Origin: Candidatus Fermentibacteraceae bacterium
Lineage (GTDB): Bacteria > Fermentibacterota > Fermentibacteria > Fermentibacterales > JCC-6
DNA: 64,000 nt
Assembly: GCA_041750285.1 (NCBI GenBank)
Contig: JBGSZS010000019.1
Coordinates: forward strand, 96,001 to 160,000
Direction of reading: 5' to 3'
Every line of letters begins with the position of its first letter. Position 1 is the stretch's first letter. Below, piece by piece: positions 58,432-64,000 of the stretch. The position numbers were made by a program, and so were the translations under genes. The notes beneath the pieces are model-generated. The model saw only the letters and a list, made by a program, of their open reading frames with translations, ran no database searches and was not told the origin of the DNA.

Positions 58432-59544
58432 ATGTTCCCCGACGTTGTCGTAAGAAGCGGTTTTCAGGGCTACGACCGCCGGATCATCATGGCCGCCCTG
58501 CAGGAGATGGTGAACTGCATCGGCGGATGGCCGGACCGGGCGGTTTCCGGGGCGAAGGTGCTTCTCAAGGTCAACATGCTCTCCGCCAAAAGTCCCGAAA
58601 GGGGGATAACCACCCATCCCGAGGTCGCGGCGGCAGTGGGGCTCCTTTTGAAGGCCCGGGGTTGTGACGTTTTCGTGGGCGACAGCCCGGGCGGAGCGGT
58701 GAAGGGTGTGGAAAGGTACTGGAAGAACTGCGGCTTTCTGGAGATGTCCCGGGAGACCGGCATAGGCCTTGTGAACTTCGAAAGCTCGGGTTCGAGAAGG
58801 ATTGAAGTGAGGGGCAGGTCTTACAACGTTGCCGTTCCGGTCATCGAGGGTTTCGACGTCAGGATCAACCTGTGCAAGTTCAAGACCCACTCCTACTGCC
58901 GGATGACGAACGCGGTCAAGAACAGCTTCGGCATCGTTCCGGGACTTGGAAAGGCCATGCTTCACACCATTTCGCCCCGTCCCCGTGATCTGGCCATCAA
59001 CATCGTGGACCTTTACGAGGCCGCGCGTTTCGACCTGCACATTTCCGACGCCATAATCGCCATGGACGGCAGGGGTCCCAGCACCGACGGCACCCCAAGG
59101 CCGGACGGGGTCCTCGCCATGGCGCGTGACGGCGTGTGCATGGATGCTGCCATGTGCGCAATGGCGGGTCTGCCCCCGCTCGAACTTGACACGACCCGTG
59201 AAGCCAGGAGAAGGGGGCTCGGCAAGGCTCCGGAAGAGATCGTGACCGACGGAGACCACCGGTTCGAGAACTTCCGCATTCCCGGGCAGTCATGGCTGAA
59301 CAACGTTCCGCCGTTCATGGGAACCGTGGTCAGGGCTTTGCTCAGGGTGGCGCCCCGTTCAAACGGGAATTGCACGGGTTGCGGTTTCTGCGCACGGAGC
59401 TGCCCGGTCGACGCCATAGTAGTTAAGAGAAACAGAGCGGTGATGAAGAGGGGCAAATGCATCATGTGTCTGTGCTGTCACGAGTTGTGTCCCGAGAACG
59501 CAGTGGAGATAAAGTCGCCCTTCCTGAGGCGGACCAGGCGATGA
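58432..59544 (+). CDS. DUF362 domain protein with C-terminal 2x[4Fe-4S]
   Basis: VLLKVNML, TTHPEV, GDSPG, KFKTH, AVKN; CTGCGFCARSCP and CIMCLCCHELCP; start may be GTG 58411. Confidence 0.88.
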   Translation: MFPDVVVRSGFQGYDRRIIMAALQEMVNCIGGWPDRAVSGAKVLLKVNMLSAKSPERGITTHPEVAAAVGLLLKARGCDVFVGDSPGGAVKGVERYWKNCGFLEMSRETGIGLVNFESSGSRRIEVRGRSYNVAVPVIEGFDVRINLCKFKTHSYCRMTNAVKNSFGIVPGLGKAMLHTISPRPRDLAINIVDLYEAARFDLHISDAIIAMDGRGPSTDGTPRPDGVLAMARDGVCMDAAMCAMAGLPPLELDTTREARRRGLGKAPEEIVTDGDHRFENFRIPGQSWLNNVPPFMGTVVRALLRVAPRSNGNCTGCGFCARSCPVDAIVVKRNRAVMKRGKCIMCLCCHELCPENAVEIKSPFLRRTRR

Positions 59545-60476
59545 GCGGCCCGGGGATGAGTTTCAGCCATCGCCTTCAGTACGCCGCCATCAGGTTCGTG
59601 TCGGCGATGCTCAACGCGGCCCCCCTCGGCGCTGCCCTGGCTGTCGGATCTCTGCTGGGGAGGATATGCTGGAGCGTCCTCGGGGTCCGCAGGGGCGTCT
59701 GCCGTGTGAACATCCACCAGGCGTTCCCGGACCTGCCCCGCAGGGAGACCGACCGTATTGGACGGGATTCCTACCGGAACGCCGGAAGGTTCATGGTCGA
59801 GTTCGCAAGGCAGCCGGGTATGGGGCGCGCCTACGCGGAGAAGTACGTCACCGTGGAACCCACGCCTGCCCTGCGGGAGTTTCTCGAGATCCCGACCGGT
59901 CTTCTGGCCATCAGTTTTCACTTCGGCAACTGGGAGTACGGCGGCATCATGACCGGCTTTTTGAAGCCGGGCACCGCCTTCCTCGTGGGCGAACAGCGGA
60001 ACGAGCTTGTGGACGGATACATCAACAGGCTCAGGGGTTCTCACGGGAACACCCTGCTCACGCGCGACGCAGCGATGAGGGGGATAATCGGCATCGCGAA
60101 GAACGGTGGCGCGGCAAGCTGGCTCAGCGATCAGGACGCCGGGAAGAACGGCATCGTGGTCCCCTTCTTCGGTTATCCGGCATCCACTCCCCGGGGGGCT
60201 GCGGCATTCAGCGTGAAACTCGGAATTCCCATCGCCTGCAGCTTTATGGTGAGGGTTCGTGGTCCCCATCAGAAGTTCGTTCTCAGGGCGGTGCTTCACC
60301 CCCGGACAGACCTTCCGCGGGACGAGGCCGAAAAGGACATCACCATGAGGTATACGAAGGTTCTTGAAGACGCCGTGAGGGAGAACCCCGACCATTACTG
60401 GTGGGCACACCGGAGATGGAAGACGACCGGGCTTTACAGAAAAGTTGAGAACACGCCAAAGGGTGTTCGGGCATGA
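59541..60476 (+). CDS. Lipid A / lysophospholipid acyltransferase (LpxL/HtrB family)
   Basis: HFGNWE, DQDAG, VPFFG, PDHYWWAHRRWK. Confidence 0.88.
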   Translation: MSGPGMSFSHRLQYAAIRFVSAMLNAAPLGAALAVGSLLGRICWSVLGVRRGVCRVNIHQAFPDLPRRETDRIGRDSYRNAGRFMVEFARQPGMGRAYAEKYVTVEPTPALREFLEIPTGLLAISFHFGNWEYGGIMTGFLKPGTAFLVGEQRNELVDGYINRLRGSHGNTLLTRDAAMRGIIGIAKNGGAASWLSDQDAGKNGIVVPFFGYPASTPRGAAAFSVKLGIPIACSFMVRVRGPHQKFVLRAVLHPRTDLPRDEAEKDITMRYTKVLEDAVRENPDHYWWAHRRWKTTGLYRKVENTPKGVRA

Positions 60477-60530
60477 TTCCCGCCGGACGACCGGGCAACC
60501 GGGCGTTCGACGACTGACGATGATCGGGGG

Positions 60531-61580
60531 GTGATGATGAGCTGTTTTCTTCTTTGCCTTGGTCTTTTTTCCGGGGACATTTACGACCCCGGAGCGGGAG
60601 CGTTCATCGACGAGGCCGGTTACTATCACGAGGCGTTCGCACTGGGGGATTCCTGCTACCGGGCTTCCGACTATGAGGGCGCGGCCGGGTTCTACCTTGA
60701 AGGGCTGAGAGCCCAGCCCTGGGACGCGACGTACATATACAACCTGTCGTGCTGTTTCGGCCTCCTGGAGAGGGCGGACCTTGCCGCCCTGTACCTGAGG
60801 CGTGCCTGGAACGCCGGTTTCACGAACATGACGTTCGTTCTTGAAGACAGGGACTTCGAGCGCGTCAGGGGGGTCGAACCGTTCAGTTCCCTGGTCGACA
60901 GCCTGTCGGAAGTGTCGCTGAACGAAGCCGCCCTGGAGGGGGAACTGATCGTCCTCCGCACGACGGGGCCCTTCGAGTGCCGTGTGAACACGCCCGAAGG
61001 GTATGACGGCACCGAGACCCTTCCTCTTTTGATCGGTCTGCACGGCGTGGGTGGCACACCGGAGGGGTTCATGCGCCTCTGGAACGTTGCGCGTGAGTTT
61101 CCGTGCATCATGGCGGTTCCCCAGGCGCCCTGCCCCTTCGACACGGGTGAAGGACTTGGGTACAGCTGGTTCGAGGACGGGTTCCCGATGGCGAGCTCAC
61201 GGGACTACATCATGGCCGTTCTTGATTCCCTGGAGGGAAGGTACAACGTCGGGGCCGTATATCTTTTCGGCTACTCGCAGGGTGCGGGGATGGCACTCAT
61301 GACCGGGCTTCACGCACCCGAACGGTTCGACGGGCTGGCTGCGTTCAGTGGCTGGCTCCCCGAAGAGCTGACCGACCACGAGATCCAGGCGGCCGCGGGC
61401 ATGCCCGTGCGGATCGTGCACGGTGAACAGGACGGCGCGGTGACCTTCGAGAACGCAATGCATGCCGTGTCGGTCCTGGCGGCTCACGGCTACGACGTCG
61501 GGCTGCTTTCGTTCCAGGGTGAGCACCGCTTCGAGGCCGGGCTGTTCCGGCAGGTACTGGAGGAGTTCCTGGGGCGGTAG
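60531..61580 (+). CDS. Exported TPR + alpha/beta-hydrolase (phospholipase/carboxylesterase)
   Basis: YIYNLSCCFG TPR; LHGVGG, GYSQG nucleophile elbow, HGEQD, GEH. Confidence 0.82.
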   Translation: MMMSCFLLCLGLFSGDIYDPGAGAFIDEAGYYHEAFALGDSCYRASDYEGAAGFYLEGLRAQPWDATYIYNLSCCFGLLERADLAALYLRRAWNAGFTNMTFVLEDRDFERVRGVEPFSSLVDSLSEVSLNEAALEGELIVLRTTGPFECRVNTPEGYDGTETLPLLIGLHGVGGTPEGFMRLWNVAREFPCIMAVPQAPCPFDTGEGLGYSWFEDGFPMASSRDYIMAVLDSLEGRYNVGAVYLFGYSQGAGMALMTGLHAPERFDGLAAFSGWLPEELTDHEIQAAAGMPVRIVHGEQDGAVTFENAMHAVSVLAAHGYDVGLLSFQGEHRFEAGLFRQVLEEFLGR

Positions 61581-61593
61581 CGGTCCCCTCTCC

Positions 61594-62700
61594 CTAGTTC
61601 AGATTCAGCACGTACAGCCTCTGGAAGCCATCCGCGGGGTCGGCCTCCCATGCCAGGATGCCCCTTGGGGAGATGCTGAAGGTCCAACTCCAACCCTGTT
61701 CAGGGAACGCAACCTGCCGGACCCGGTTCCCCGTTGCGTCGAAGACGTCGAACAAGGGAGAGTCCGAAGTGCCCCTCTGTACCCAGAGATTGCCGTCGGG
61801 TCCCACACCCAGAGCCACCACCATGTCCCTGAAGGGTTCGGGCTCGAACTCGAAGGGCATGCCGCCCCCCATGTTCTGTATGTACTGTGTTACGTAGGCC
61901 TTTTCCTCGGCGATCTCCTCCGGGGTCTTGGGCACGGGCTCAAGGTCGAGCGAAGCCCTGAAGAACTCCTCACCCGACGCGTTCCAACCGACAATACCGT
62001 ATTCCTCCCCGCTCTTCTCCGAGAAATACACGGAGCCGGCGCCGTCGCCCTCGAGACAGAATGCGTCGAGCAGTTCCGTGATGAACATGGAAGGGTTCTC
62101 CATGAGGTCTCCCGGAGTTGCGGTGAGGGAATCCTCCCACAGAACGGTGTCGAAATCCTCTTCGCCAACCGTGTAGATGACTATGCGACGGTTCATCAGG
62201 ATCACTTCGCCGACCATGTCAGCATCGATCTTGTAGGACGCGAAGGTGCTGTCGGAAAGGGGAACCGACTGCATCGGTGGATTCTGGGTCCAGTGGCTGA
62301 TCTCGCTTTCCAGCCTCAGGCTGTCGTCGAACACCACGAAGCCCTGCTTCATCATCTCCAGGACCATGACGTTTCCATCCGGCATCTGGAAGAATTCCCA
62401 TGGCATGTTGAGCTCACCCGGGCCACCGCCCCGCCTTGACACCTGGGCGAGATACTCGCCCTCCGGATCGAACACCTTTATGCAGGCGCCCTGCCTGTCA
62501 AGCACCAGGATCCTGCCGTCCTGCATGATCAGGGCGTCCTGGATGAGGCCGAAGGTGGATGTGGAATCGCCAAGTTCCTCCCCGATGGACATGACTGCTG
62601 CGAGAGTGTCTACCGGCAGCGCGGATTCGTCGGCTGAAGGCGCCGGGGGGTTGCCGCAGGCGAAGAGGGCAAGGAGGAGTGCAACACTGATCCTTTTCAT
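61594..62700 (-). CDS. 6-bladed beta-propeller lipoprotein
   Basis: Lipobox LFAC; DGRILVLD, VFDPEG, RRGGGPGEL, GPDGNLWV. Confidence 0.78.
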   Translation of the reverse strand: MKRISVALLLALFACGNPPAPSADESALPVDTLAAVMSIGEELGDSTSTFGLIQDALIMQDGRILVLDRQGACIKVFDPEGEYLAQVSRRGGGPGELNMPWEFFQMPDGNVMVLEMMKQGFVVFDDSLRLESEISHWTQNPPMQSVPLSDSTFASYKIDADMVGEVILMNRRIVIYTVGEEDFDTVLWEDSLTATPGDLMENPSMFITELLDAFCLEGDGAGSVYFSEKSGEEYGIVGWNASGEEFFRASLDLEPVPKTPEEIAEEKAYVTQYIQNMGGGMPFEFEPEPFRDMVVALGVGPDGNLWVQRGTSDSPLFDVFDATGNRVRQVAFPEQGWSWTFSISPRGILAWEADPADGFQRLYVLNLN

Positions 62701-62781
62701 GATGATCCTCTCTGTTGATGGTTCCAGTGTGGGGATGTGACGAACAATATAGTGAAGCGAACGGTCATCGACTGAATGGCG

Positions 62782-62790
62782 TGTTATAAT
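62782..62790 (+). promoter_or_regulatory. Extended -10 promoter of gpsA
   Basis: TG-T-TATAAT in the divergent gap. Confidence 0.65.
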
Positions 62791-62816
62791 CCACCATGAA
62801 GAGGTGGAGGACAGAA

Positions 62817-63791
62817 ATGAAACAGGCGGTTCTCGGGTGCGGCCGATGGGGCAGCTTTCACCTGTGGTACGGCGCCGGGCTCGGTCACATCATGTCGGGA
62901 TGGGAACCCGCCGGAAGCGAACCCTTCCGCGATCTCGTCCAGTTCCGTCGGAACGCCTTTCTTTCCATTCCTGAAAGCGTCCTGCTGACGACATCCCTCA
63001 CCGATGCGATCAGGGATGCTCAACAGATCGTCGTTTCCTGCCCCGCCCAGTCCTTTCGAAGCCTGGCCCGGGCACTTTCCGGGCATGATCTTTCAGCCGT
63101 CGATCTTGTGCTGTGCATGAAGGGCCTTGAGTCAGGCACGGGTAAAAGGCTTTCCACCGTGGCATTCGAGGAGGGGGTCAAACCCCTTTCCCTGAGCACA
63201 TGGGTGGGTCCGGGGCACCCGCAGGAGTTCGTCAAGGGCGTTCCGGGGTGCATGATCGTGGCATCCGGGAACGAGGCTGCTGCGGTAAGGGTTTCTGCAA
63301 CCGCGTCTTCCCCGCTCATCAGGATCTACCACAGCCGGGACCTGACAGGCTGCGAGATCGGGGCAGCGGCGAAGAACGTCATAGGTATCGCGGCTGGAAT
63401 GCTTGACGGAAAGGGCATGACCGGGCTGAAGGGCGCACTGATGGCGAGGGGACCGCAGGAGGTCGCCCGTCTCGTCTCCGCAGCGGGTGGCGATTGGCGA
63501 AGTGTTTACGGGCTGAGCCATCTTGGTGATTACGAAGCCACTCTTTTCTCTCCCTGGAGCAGGAACAGGGCCTGGGGTGAGGCCTTCGTCCGGGGCGGGA
63601 GGGTGACCGGGCTCGCTGAAGGCGTTCCCACAAGCGAAGCCCTTCTGATGCTTGCCCGTGACCTTGGTGTGGAACTGCCCATCACCGGGATGGTTGCGGG
63701 CATGATCAGTGGCGTGATAAGTTTCGAGGATGCGGTGGAAACCCTGTTCGGAAGACCGATGAAGGAGGAGTTTCCGGACATCCTTCGCTGA
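62817..63791 (+). CDS. gpsA: NAD(P)H-dependent glycerol-3-phosphate dehydrogenase
   Basis: GCGRWG, KGLE, GP, GAAAKNVIGIAAG, LGD, SRNR, AEGV, LPIT; ATG after GGAGG (alternative ATG at 62796). Confidence 0.88.
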   Translation: MKQAVLGCGRWGSFHLWYGAGLGHIMSGWEPAGSEPFRDLVQFRRNAFLSIPESVLLTTSLTDAIRDAQQIVVSCPAQSFRSLARALSGHDLSAVDLVLCMKGLESGTGKRLSTVAFEEGVKPLSLSTWVGPGHPQEFVKGVPGCMIVASGNEAAAVRVSATASSPLIRIYHSRDLTGCEIGAAAKNVIGIAAGMLDGKGMTGLKGALMARGPQEVARLVSAAGGDWRSVYGLSHLGDYEATLFSPWSRNRAWGEAFVRGGRVTGLAEGVPTSEALLMLARDLGVELPITGMVAGMISGVISFEDAVETLFGRPMKEEFPDILR

Positions 63792-63841
63792 TGCGCCCGA
63801 GCCGTTTTGAAACGATCCGTTCCGAAAGTATCTTACACTCT

Positions 63842-64000
63842 ATGGGAAAAATTCTCTGCCTTCTCGGCATGGCCTTCATTGTGGGCGTTTCGTACGGCGA
63901 AAGCAACTGCCGTTACTTCTGGGTTTCCCGCGACGCGCTGGCTCACCCCGACTCCGTCGACAGGCTACTGCAAAGGGCCGAGGCAGCGGGAGCGAACGGG
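63842..64000 (+). CDS. Exported protein, probable GHL10/YddW-like glycosyl hydrolase (3'-truncated)
   Basis: MGKILCLLGMAFIVGVSYG signal, then RYFWVSRDAL...DRLLQRAEAAGAN; frame open to the window end. Confidence 0.5.
   Translation, partial: MGKILCLLGMAFIVGVSYGESNCRYFWVSRDALAHPDSVDRLLQRAEAAGANG

Overview
GC-rich, densely packed chromosomal segment of an anaerobic diderm bacterium. The T9SS-type C-terminal sorting domains, PorU/PorV-like proteins and 2-oxoacid:ferredoxin oxidoreductase point to the FCB group, plausibly a Fermentibacterota-like lineage (inference, not tested). About 52 CDS; I saw no rRNA, tRNA, CRISPR array or mobile element. Housekeeping and metabolic genes: clpX (partial), engB, purA, tatD-radical SAM fusion, rsmA, rfbD, gmhA, korDABC, pckA, rlmN, mtnP, thiL, cobB, ppdK, gpsA. 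The most interesting locus is a tightly coupled operon at 12457-20801: ABC solute-binding lipoprotein, secreted OB-fold protein with a sorting domain, PorV/PorP-like barrel, ComEA-type helix-hairpin-helix protein fused to an outer-membrane barrel, FadL-like barrel and 5'-nucleotidase. Together these look like an uncharacterised extracellular nucleic-acid capture and utilisation system. Also notable: two tandem PorU-like C25 sortases flanking a sirtuin; a TPR protein with a TFIIB-like C-terminus; a COG2403 (arginine synthetase-like) gene with a highly structured, switch-like leader upstream of korDABC; and a weak guanidine-II-like twin-ACGA hairpin. All calls come from reading motifs by eye; no database search was run.
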